Both the position numbers and the translations under genes were made by a program. A DNA stretch of 63,155 nt, counting the filler, from Octopus bimaculoides (lineage: Eukaryota): assembly GCF_001194135.2 (NCBI RefSeq). It is 7 parts of 5 records of this genome, joined end to end, with 100 filler letters (N's around TTAATTAATTAA, not from the genome) between each part and the next. Parts side by side here need not be neighbours in the genome. Positions count along the whole stretch, not along the records: positions 37,414 to 39,879 come from NC_068997.1; positions 39,980 to 44,345 come from NC_068999.1; positions 44,446 to 47,721 come from NC_068986.1; positions 47,822 to 58,414 come from NC_068997.1; 3 more parts are not named here. One strand, given 5' to 3'. How positions within the stretch are numbered: the first letter of the stretch is position 1; every line of letters begins with the position of its first letter. This document shows, in pieces, positions 38,408 through 49,303 of this stretch. The notes under the pieces were generated by a model that did not search any database, was not told the origin of the DNA, and saw nothing but the letters and a program-made list of their open reading frames with translations.

Positions 38408-38799
38408 TATAGATGTCACTAACGTGACAGAGTGTACTAAGTAGTACCAGAATTGCTAGAAATAAAAGTTAAAACAACTCAAAACAACTCAATAGCTACA
38501 GACAGCACCATCTTAATGACTGACATCTAATGACCGACTCCTGTTATTTTACCTTCAAGTTGTTTAATTGCTAATAAACCACCCATATTATTTCTAGTTT
38601 TCACTTTTACCATTTTTAAAATCAGCATATGAGTTTCAACAGATTTCTTATAAACTGACGAGTTGAGTTGAGTTTAACCCTAGGCGTCGTAAGAGTCACT
38701 AATGAGAATTAAGATGCTTTAGCATCAAAATTCAAAATCAGCTGTGATCTGGCTATATCCCGTGTACTATATCCCTCTGTCACTTTAGTGACATCTATA
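38408..38799. mobile_element. MITE of about 390 bp with 24-bp TIRs ending in TA
   Basis: ATAGATGTCACTAACGTGACAGAG (38409-32) versus the reverse complement of 38775-98, ATAGATGTCACTAAAGTGACAGAG: one mismatch. Confidence 0.8.
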
Positions 38800-38832
38800 T
38801 ATATATACATCTCTTCCTCTCTCTCTCTCTTC

Positions 38833-38859
<27 letters not shown>

Positions 38860-38870
<11 letters not shown>

Positions 38871-39232
38871 CTGGTTGGGTGGTCATGTACCTCCTCTATG
38901 GCAAGACACTTGTTTCTGTCTCTTTGTCTCTGTCACACTCAAACCTTTCACCATCTGATACAAGATCACCTCCTCCAATACCTCTTCACCTCTCAAAGGA
39001 TCTTTGCTGGTGCCACGTAAAAAGTATCCCTGTCAAAACTGACCTCACCTGTGCAGGTGCCATGTAAAAAGCTCTCAGTCCACTCTGCATGTGTTCGGAA
39101 GGGCATTCAGCTGTAAAAAACCCTGCCAAAACAGACACAGAAGTCTGGGGCAGTTTTCAACATGGCCAGCTCCTGTCAAACTGTCCAACCCATGCCAGCA
39201 AGGAAAGCAGTCGTTAAACGATGATGATGATT
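38860..39232 (+). mobile_element. SINE with Deu/Nin-like domain (GGAAGGGCATCCAGCTGTA) and (GAT)n tail
   Basis: Shares its tail (tccaacccatgc.agca.ggaaag..gacgttaaacgatgat) with 37985-38100, 45845-45990 (-) and 47020-47175. Confidence 0.7.
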
Positions 39233-40199
39233 TATCTCTCACTAGATCTTACTATCACGGAACAGTACAATCTTTTACTTGTTTCAGTCATTAGACTGTG
39301 GCCATGCTGGGGCACTGCCATGAAGAATTTTAGTTGAACAAATCAAGCCCAGTACTTAATGTCTTTTGGTAAAGCCCGGTACTTATTCTCTCAGTCTTTT
39401 TTGCTGAACTGCCAAGTTATGTGGATGTAAACACACCAACACCAGTTGTCAAGAGGTGGTGGGGAGCAAACACATACAAAGGCACACACACACGCACACA
39501 CATGTATACAATGGGCTTAATTCAGTTTCCATCTACCAAATCGACCCACAAGGATTTGATTGGCCCAAGGTTCCATGCAGTGAGACTGAGCCCAGAGCCA
39601 TGTAGTTGAGAAGTGAACTTCTTACCACACAGCCATATATAATAATAAACCATCAGTTAGTTATCTGTAAATCAGAAAAGAATGCACACCCAGTATGAGA
39701 AACAAAGTAGTTCTATTTTAAAGTCATCAAGCAGTATATGATTGGTTATGGTGTATAACTGGTCAGAATGCTACTCTAGGCTTCATGTTGACTAGTGAAC
39801 TTGGCAATATTTACAACTCTTCACACATGCTGGCTTGAAGCATATAGCTCTATTATGCTAAGGTATATATATATATATANNNNNNNNNNNNNNNNNNNNN
39901 NNNNNNNNNNNNNNNNNNNNNNNTTAATTAATTAANNNNNNNNNNNNNNNNNNNNNNNNNNNNNNNNNNNNNNNNNNNNATATATATATATATATATATA
40001 CCAAGAGCATTACTATACATAAATGCCTCGCGCTAGGAGGGACTCTTAAAGTCAAAACTACCATTGCACCGATCTGTGCACTAATCATGAAATCATATGA
40101 TCTGCGGCTGACTCTGTTTTTAAAAGGTTCGCTTCGAGAGTTGCATTCCCTCGCGTTCGAACCTGACACAACTTCTTTTCCTGGTCAAAAGTTACAGTC

Positions 40200-41150
40200 A
40201 TAAGTATATGACTGAGCGTAATAGAATCTCAGGTAGATGTATCTCATAGCAAACCCCCTGAATGACCGCTGACTTCTAGAAAGACTATATGGCAATCAAG
40301 GAAGATCGGAGGCTTGAAAAGGCATGATCTTCAGGCAAGATTGGGATGTTTTAGTGCGGCTAGCAACCTCGTTCGCAAGATCATGGTATTGAATCTGAGG
40401 CATAACAGAAGAGATATATGATACAAGATGAGGCTAGATCCTAGAAGGAGAAATGATGAAGGTAAAGAGCTATGGAATTTAGCCAAGGAAGATATAGATA
40501 GCACCACTACAAGGTCCTTAAAGTATTGGCTAACATCTTTGAGCGTGGGAGAAGAGAAAAAGTCAGCCTGATACAAGGTCAACCCCAGCCTCAGTTCGTC
40601 ATAGAAAGGAGAAGTCAATGTGTTCCAAAAAGCCTAAAATGAGTCTTCTTCAAGCTGCATAATTATGAGAGAAGGTTCGATCTGTGGAGGCAACTCTACT
40701 TTTCTCAGGTTATCTAAATACCTCTGTAGTCTGACTTAGTGATTTGACCTGAAAAGGCCATGAAGATTATTACGATTGTACTGAGGGTCTCATGGGAAGA
40801 TAGTTGTGAGAAAGGTCCGGAGAAGAATTTCAATAAAATCAAGGCCTGGTCTAATGCTTTAGATCTTATTGCTCCCAGCTGAGGTGGCTGCTGGGTTTTC
40901 ACGGGCAGTCTGTAAAAAAAAAAAAGGCTTATAGCAACTAGAAATAACACGAAGATTGAGGACAACAGCTACACGCAGATTGGAAAGAAAGCAGAGAGAG
41001 CTTCTTTCTGGCTCTAGAACACGTGGGAAGGGAAGGTGGGGTGGGAGGAGTGGCCATCACAGCTGATCTGCAAACTGAACGACTTTTTTGATTTTGGGCC
41101 GAAACACCAGAGGAGATTTGAACATTACATGATGACATCTGCCCAAAAGC
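40200..41150 (+). mobile_element. HERO-like RLE non-LTR retrotransposon 3' relic
   Basis: SDLVI*PEKAMKIITIVLRVSWEDSCEKG (compare RPDIVLW..K.VI.IELTVPWEE.CE.A) and AERASFWL*; many stops. Confidence 0.68.
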
Positions 41151-41810
41151 TGCAGCTTATATAAGTGACTGAATTTGCTATCTATATGTATATATATTTA
41201 TACGTATGTGTATAAATACATACACACACCGCATGCACACATGTATGCTACAGAATTTAGTTCATTAAAAAAATAGCCTACAAAAAATGAACAATAATAA
41301 AAGCCCCCAAATTTTTTCCTCCTTATTTTTGTTTTGCTTTGTACTGCACTTTGGTCACTCCTTAAACAGTTCCAATATCAGGCTTTACTATGAGAAGAGG
41401 TTCCTAACCACTCAGTGAACCTGTTTTTATTTCTCAGAAAAAGAAAACAAAGAGGATGCTGTTAGTGGTTCCCTATAATCCTTCTCTTAAGAGAAGTTAT
41501 CAGAAGTACTTGGTCAGCATTTTATGTTTTGATCCGAAGAGGATAAATAGCAAATTTAACATTGATGGGATTCGAACACGGAGCATATAGAACGGAAACA
41601 AATAACGCAAGTTATTCTATCCAACTCGCTAACGCCTCTACCAATTCACCGCATACAAAATGCAACACTAAAAACTAAATCTCACTGCCATATCCATCAT
41701 ATTTCCTCCTCCTCCTCCTTCTCCTCCTCCTCCTTCTNNNNNNNNNNNNNNNNNNNNNNNNNNNNNNNNNNNNNNNNNNNNNNNNNNNNNNNNNNNNNNN
41801 NNNNNNNNNN

Positions 41811-41870
<60 letters not shown>

Positions 41871-42259
41871 AGAACAACAATAAAAAGGACTGCATCAGCA
41901 ATTTTCGGGTGTTTTATTCATTTGTTATTTACACGAACTGTCTGTCCGTTACTTCCTCAGTCTATTTATTTACTGTTATTGGTTTTATTTCTCTCGTGCA
42001 ATCTTGTAACTATCTTGGTTCATGAATGATTTGCTATTATAGGCGAATTTCCAAACAACAGGAAATCTGAGAGTAGAAGATGACGAAGATGAACGAAATG
42101 AAGAACTAAGCGATTGAAAAGAAAAACAATTAAAATAAGAGCAGCAAGAACAACAACAACAAGCAATAATAAATAACTAAAGGGTTGAATCATACTGATA
42201 GACTGGCGCCAAGTGATCGAAAATCGAATATAGTAATTTATTCATTTGATCATTTATCA

Positions 42260-42294
<35 letters not shown>

Positions 42295-42348
42295 TTGCAT
42301 ATATACTTATATATATTTACATATGTTTATACATACTGACACTGGTAC

Positions 42349-42454
<106 letters not shown>

Positions 42455-42487
42455 TTCTATCTATCTATCTTTATATCTATCTATCTT

Positions 42488-42568
<81 letters not shown>

Positions 42569-43721
42569 ATAAATATATATCTATGTTTATATATGCATAT
42601 GTATACAGGTGTTCGTTCATTCATATATACATACTAGCATATACATACATACATACATACATACATACATCCATACATCCATACATGCTGTCTGAGGCCC
42701 ACAAAAGACTTGCAACTGGAAATGAATGATTGTCTACGTTGTTATACATATTTCAAAGAGAATATATCAAGGAGACAGTCTGTCTCTCTCTGCTTCTGTT
42801 TATCTTCGCGCTAAAACCATTGGTAATGTGCTGGGGTCTATAACAGCCAGAACCACTAATGTAACCCATAAATTCTTAGTGGATAATCTATGCTCGAAAT
42901 ATGATGCTAATGAACAACTGTATTTAGTGACAACCTTTCCTGTTAAGAAAGGTAGAAGCATTCATATTTAACAATCGAATACGGAAAATCCGTTCCCCAA
43001 CACGAAACTTTACATCAATCATCTCTCTGTCTCCTCTGTCAATTCGATGAGTGCAATAAATACCTAGATATTAATGAAAACATATCATACAAAAGCGTCG
43101 TGGCAAAGAATAACTGAAGGATATAACAGAGTGAAATATATAGAAAAAAGTTCCAGTCAGAGTTTACCTAATACCATAAAACCATATTACCATAATATTT
43201 TTCCACTACATGTACTGATTCCAACATGGAATCAAAGGTCAAAGGAGGAAATCTGTTCCATAAACATTGAAACGTGTAAGGATTAATTAGAAGTTTCGAG
43301 GGATTTGAAATAAATCGCTTTTAACGGTACTCGAGGTAGATTAAACTATAAATAACAGCATGTAGAATATCGAATTGAAAACCTCTTGAATGGTGTTGTG
43401 TTAATCGGTTTTTGCTGGTTTCAACTGATCAGACTCACGTATTTATAACACATAATTTGTATAAAGTTCTTTTTAGTAACGGTGTTGACTATTTCCAATC
43501 TAGTTTTAGATTTAAGATTCTTATAAATTCTTCTTTTGTCTTTCGTAGTTCATAATTTTTAGTTTGAATAAAGGAGTATTTTCAATGTTTCAACTCCATT
43601 GGAATTTGAAACTATATTGGAAATAGTCGAAAAGAGTACTAAAGCAACTTCCTCTAAAAGGATTATCTTATAACAAGTGTATCTGAAAAACCGAAAACAG
43701 TGAAAAACACGTAATTTTTTA

Positions 43722-43822
43722 GTGTATCTTTTTAAATGTATTTTTTTTAAATGTATCTTTTTTAATGTATCTTTTTTAAATGTATTTTTTTAAAATGTAT
43801 CTTTTTTAATGGATCTTTTTTG
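43722..43822. repeat. About 15-bp tandem repeat (TGTATCTTTTTTAAA), about seven copies
   Basis: Read directly. Confidence 0.85.
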
Positions 43823-44685
43823 ATTATTCTGTCCGTATCCAGTTTTTTCTGAAAACTTTCACATACATACATACATACATACATACATACATACATACAT
43901 ACATACATACTTGCATGCATACATACATACATACATAAATACATATACACACATACACACGCACACATTATAACGAGAGGCAATCTTTGTATCCAACCTA
44001 ACAGTTTCTATCGCTGCTAATTATTTTTCCATAAGCCCAATGGCTATTTACAACATTAGTTCCTGAATCCACGTTAAGTTGGATATAAATATTGCCATAA
44101 ATGTTTTTATTTTTCATTCCTTTCGAAATGTTATCTCTAATATAGATTTGGAATTTAACTGTCCTCTCTAGCGTGCAGGTAGTCCTATGATGGATACCTC
44201 TTATGTGTTTAAATGTACACAAATGCATAAAAATAATTTTTAATTCCATTAGACATTCTGAAATACTATTAAATTTCATTGAATTTAAAAAAAGGTAAAA
44301 TCGGACAGAACTTATGGGATGACCTGATATGTATATATATATATANNNNNNNNNNNNNNNNNNNNNNNNNNNNNNNNNNNNNNNNNNNNTTAATTAATTA
44401 ANNNNNNNNNNNNNNNNNNNNNNNNNNNNNNNNNNNNNNNNNNNNCATAATCTGGATTCTTTTTCTTTTTTGTTCTTTCTTCTTTGAAGTTCCTTTTCTG
44501 TTTTTTTTTTTTTTTAACTTACTTTTATTTCTTAAATTCTTATCCTGGTTTTGACTATATTGGTTGCTCGCTTGGTCAGTTCTATATATTTGGATGAAAT
44601 TTATTTTTTATTATTTTTTTTTTTTAATCTTTTACTTGTTACTGGACTGAGGTCATGTTGGGGCACCATCTTGAAGGAGTTAGCT

Positions 44686-44765
44686 CAGTGTTTCTCAACC
44701 ATTTTTTTGCCTACTGACCTCTTTGATCCCTATTTTACATGGGTGGACTCTCATAACACAATACT
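44686..44765 (+). mobile_element. hAT/Charlie-like terminal fragment
   Basis: Starts CAGTGTTTCTCAACC, a typical Charlie-type end; no partner end found. Confidence 0.4.
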
Positions 44766-44812
44766 ATGAAGTTGAATTCTTGACTAGATGGGCTTCTGTG
44801 CTGCAGCCTATT

Positions 44813-45204
44813 GTTGTTGTTGTTGTTGGCCCTCCGTCGCTTACGACGTCGAGGGTTCCAGTTGATCCGATCAACGGAACAGCCTGCTCGTGAAATTAAC
44901 ATGCAAGTGGCTGAGCACTCCACAGACACGTGTACCCTTAACGTAGTTCTTGGGGATATTCAGTGTGACACAGTGTGACAAGGCTGGCCCTTTGAAATAC
45001 AGGCACAACCGAAACAGGAAGTAAGAGTGAGAGAAAGTTGTGGTGAAAGAGTACAGCAGGGTTCACCACCATCCCCTGCTGGAGCCTCGTGGAGCTTTAG
45101 GTGTTTTTGCTCAATGAACACTCACAATGCCCGGTCTGGGAATCGAAACCGCGATTCTATGACCGCGAGTCCGCTGCCCTAACCACTGGGCCATTGCGCC
45201 TCCA
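44813..45204 (-). mobile_element. Full-length SINE, same family as 7103-7486
   Basis: Reverse-complement match; degenerate TSD ctgcagcctatt (44801-12) / ctgtaccctatt (45205-16). Confidence 0.88.
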
Positions 45205-45450
45205 CTGTACCCTATTACACAATCACAAACCCAAAAAGGAGTGTCTACAATGCCATTATTAATCAGCAAGAGAAAAAAAAACCCAGCCCAATCTCCCTCA
45301 AATTACACCCAAACATGGTTTGCTTTGCAACCATGTGGTTTCAGGTTCAGTCCCACCGTGTAACACCTTGAGCAAGTGTCTTCTACTATAGCTCCTGGCT
45401 GACAAATCCTTGTGGGTAGGTTTAGTAGACAGAAACTGGGTGAAAGCTTG

Positions 45451-45487
<37 letters not shown>

Positions 45488-46960
45488 TATATGGATACAG
45501 GACATCACCGCCTGTGTAAATAACATGAATTACATAGACAAATGAGTTAAATACGCTAACAACGTGAGAAAAAAAATGAAAAACAGGACAAGTAAACACA
45601 GAGAAAGAACCCTTCATCAGTTGTTGGCTGTCTATCTACTCCTCATTTCGAGCATTCAACGACAATATGAGCCTTCAAAGAGAGTTGCTCCCATAAATTC
45701 TAAAATAAAGTTTAGGATTTATGGAGGGTCAAAGTTGGGAACAAAAACAGGACAGTGGAGACATACAAAGAAACCAAATGAAAACAAACATGGAGGGTCG
45801 TTAGACCAGAACGAGAGGAAAACAGTGAATGCTAGGAATCATTAACAGTCATCATTATCATTTAACATTCATGTTCCATGCTATCATGGGTCAGACAGTT
45901 TGACAAGGATTCAAGGAGTTGAAGGACTACATTGTGCTCCAGTGCCTGCTTAGGCATAGTTTCTATAGCTGGATGCCAACCACTTTCCACCTATCAGTCG
46001 ACTACAGGAGATGGTTTGTTTAGGCCCTTGTAACTTAGCAGTTCAATAAGAGAATAAGTACCGGGGTCAAATGTTTTTAGACTAAAGCCCTTCAAGATTG
46101 CGTCCCAGCATGGCCACTGTCTGATGAATTAAATAAAAACAAAAAAAAAAAATACAGAATACCCAATTCTTTTCAATACTCAGTGGTCAACATAAATTAC
46201 TGGTATGTGTTTGCATGTGTGGGAGTTAAACTGAGAACAATGCTGCTAATTAGCCAACACTTGCACACAACAAAACAGCGTAATGTGATTGGATAGGACA
46301 GACAAGCAGATCAAATAGGATGACTGACAGCTAGATTACTAATTGGAAAAATTGATAGAGAGATAAATGGACACACCAACAGGTCGATAGACGCACAGAC
46401 AGATTGATAGATGGTCGGTTAAAAAATTTACACAGTCAAAAGATTTACAGAGACAGACGAGGAGGACGAAAAGAAAAGGATAGGTAGATAGTTGGATGGA
46501 TGGATGGGTAGGTAAATTGGTAGATAAGTAGTACTGGGTATGTGTGTGTATGCATGTTAGTATTTGTTTTTATGTTGAGTTATAAAAGAAACAATTTTAC
46601 AATAAACTGATAGACTACAGAATACTTTTCGCAGAGTACACTTTTATTATTCTTTAATAGGAATACTGTTGACAGTGACTTCAAAGTTTCAGCCAGCCTA
46701 GCCTTCATTGGACAGTCCTATTAAATCTAAGCAAGCTGAAACTTTCAACTTACTTTGAACAATATTGTAGGGAGCTTGTCTCCCTTGTCAGTCATTAGAT
46801 ATAAGTGCTTCCCCATGGCTAAGAGTAGTTCCGATTCTTATTTCTAGCAATGCTGACTAGCATCCTTAGTCACCTTAGTGGCAGCTATACTCATGCCTTT
46901 TGGTTATAAATTGCAAGTAAACCACCTTAATACTTTATTTATATATATATGTGTGTGTGT

Positions 46961-47001
<41 letters not shown>

Positions 47002-47019
47002 CATATATATATATATATA

Positions 47020-47175
47020 CTCTGAGTGGTTGGCGTTAGGAAGGGCATCCAGCTGTAGAAACTCTGCCAAATTAGATTGGAGCCTGGTGTAGCCATCCGG
47101 TTGCACCAGTCCTCAGTCAAATCGTCCAACCCATGCTAGCATGGAAAGTGGACGTTAAACGATGATGATGATGAT
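47020..47175 (+). mobile_element. 5'-truncated Deu/Nin-like SINE
   Basis: ggttggcgttaggaagggcatccagctgtagaaac..ggaaagtggacgttaaacgatgatgatg. Confidence 0.75.
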
Positions 47176-47821
47176 ATATATTGAAAGACAGACAGACAGA
47201 TTGGCAAGGAGGCAGATAAAGAGATGTGTGGATGGGTGGGCAGATTGAGAAATGCATAGCTACAAGACAGAAAGAGATTCAGGTAGATAAACAGGTAGAC
47301 AGAAAATAGATAGACAGATAGTTAGGTAGGTAGTCAGATGGATAAACCGGTAGATAGAGAGATAAGATTTGATAAATTGATAAACGATAGATAGACAAAC
47401 AGACAACAGGTAGATAAGTGGAAAGATATCAAATGCCTTGTATTGGTTCACCAATGACTCCGTCGTCTCCCTCCCACACACACAAATTTTGAAACTAATT
47501 TTGCAACACACACACACACACACACGCACCATGAAATGAAAAATGCTTTTCGTTTCTTTGAGGGTTTTTTGGTTTTGTTCTGATTTTTTTTTTTTTTTTG
47601 GTTTCGTTTTCTTCAACAAAGATTTTGCCTACCACCAACCACACTTTACCTGAAGATTAATCTCCAATTTCGAAGCAACATTTACCATTCTTACCAAACA
47701 TTTTTCACCCTCTTTTTTACANNNNNNNNNNNNNNNNNNNNNNNNNNNNNNNNNNNNNNNNNNNNTTAATTAATTAANNNNNNNNNNNNNNNNNNNNNNN
47801 NNNNNNNNNNNNNNNNNNNNN

Positions 47822-47868
<47 letters not shown>

Positions 47869-47958
47869 ATATTTGGTGATGGTCATGTTGCCTTTTTAGC
47901 ACGCACTCTACATTTGGTGTTCACTTGCTTCAGCTTTATTTCATATTAACTGTATTTC

Positions 47959-48003
47959 GGCCAGAATTCTTTCGTCATAATTTTGTGACCTCATCAGTGG
48001 TCC
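47959..48003 (-). ncRNA. Hammerhead-like motif, family C
   Basis: Minus strand GGACCA-CTGATGA-G-GTCA-caaaatta-TGAC-GAAA-GAATTC-TGGCC. A related copy lies at 62980-63022. Confidence 0.5.
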
Positions 48004-48014
48004 TCTGCTTTCTT

Positions 48015-48072
48015 CTTTCTAACGATCTGCAATTATGTATTTTGAAATACAAAATGGCAGATCGTTAGAAAG
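48015..48072. repeat. 58-nt near-perfect hairpin
   Basis: CTTTCTAACGATCTGC / GCAGATCGTTAGAAAG perfect 16-bp arms; the inner 26 nt also pair with two mismatches. Confidence 0.9.
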
Positions 48073-48083
48073 GAGAGACACTG

Positions 48084-48387
48084 GCACTTCGTCGCTTACG
48101 ACGACAAAGGTTCCAGTTCCTCCGATCAACGGAACAGCTTGCTCGTGAGATTAACGTGCAAGTGGCTGAACACTTCACAGACACGCGTACCCCTTCACAT
48201 ACTTACCAGAGAAATTCAGCATGACACAGTGTGACAAGGCTGGCCCCTTGAAATACAGGTATTACTCATTTTTGTCAGCTGAGTGAAGACGCGTGGCTTA
48301 GTGGTTAGGGCATCAGGCTCGCGAGCTCGACTCCTGGCAGTGCGTTGTATCTTTCAGAAAGACACTTTATTTCACGTTGCTCCAGTC
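48084..48387. mobile_element. tRNA-derived SINE with internally inverted 5' half
   Basis: 3' half on minus (48084-48285), tRNA head on plus (48286-48390), flanked by CACTG repeats (48079-83, 48388-92). Confidence 0.7.
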
Positions 48388-48424
48388 CACTGATAGAAAT
48401 ATATATTTGACCGTTGACTGAACA

Positions 48425-48593
48425 TTATTCAATTTTTTTTCTCCGTGTTTTTCTCCTTGTCTCCGTATTCTTTCTGTTGAAGAGCGTAGCTCGAAACGTC
48501 AAAGACTTTCCGTATTCCCGAGCGTCATACTAATATATACTTTTGTTATTTACACCACCTGTCCTCGTCTGTTGTTATTTTTTGTATATTCTC

Positions 48594-48598
<5 letters not shown>
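48425..48598 (+). mobile_element. Penelope-type repeat, family B
   Basis: Second copy of 26944-27065 with an intact hammerhead stem I. Confidence 0.6.
48469..48505 (+). ncRNA. Minimal hammerhead-like motif, family B (A6U core variant)
   Basis: TCTTT-CTGTTGA-A-GAGC-gta-GCTC-GAAA-CGTC-AAAGA. Stem I TCTTT/AAAGA and stem II GAGC/GCTC are both perfect; GUC cleavage triplet. Confidence 0.6.
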
Positions 48599-48634
<36 letters not shown>

Positions 48635-48694
48635 NNNNNNNNNNNNNNNNNNNNNNNNNNNNNNNNNNNNNNNNNNNNNNNNNNNNNNNNNNNN

Positions 48695-48737
<43 letters not shown>

Positions 48738-48748
48738 GAGAGAGGGGG

Positions 48749-48801
<53 letters not shown>

Positions 48802-49241
48802 AGAGATATAGACATGTACATATGCGCATACACTGTTGGACACAAAATGTGATGTATAACCGTATCTACCAATATATGCGGAAATTGGTATCCATGTAAA
48901 ATTTTAAGCATATACATATGTTTGTCCATGCATTATTATGATAAACATTTCTGATGACGTGCCACTGCGTGTTTGTGTACATGGATGTACGCATGTATGT
49001 ATGTTTGAAAGTATCTGTGTCCGATAAATACACCATGGGTACAATCATGTATAAAGTATATACATGTATATAAAGATTTGTATACTTGTATATACATATT
49101 AGTATATACTTAATTATATGTGTATGAATATATATTTATGTATGCATCTATATCTTTGTATATGTATATGTGAGTGTGTATGTGTGTGTGTGCGCGTATA
49201 CATATGTGCATGTGTTCATGTGTGAGTGGAGAAAGAGAGAG

Positions 49242-49303
<62 letters not shown>

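Noticed and set aside
41090-41150. GAAAC..TGATGA in the 3' UTR of the HERO-like relic as a type II hammerhead
   Set aside because: The core lacks the leading C and the stems cannot be drawn.
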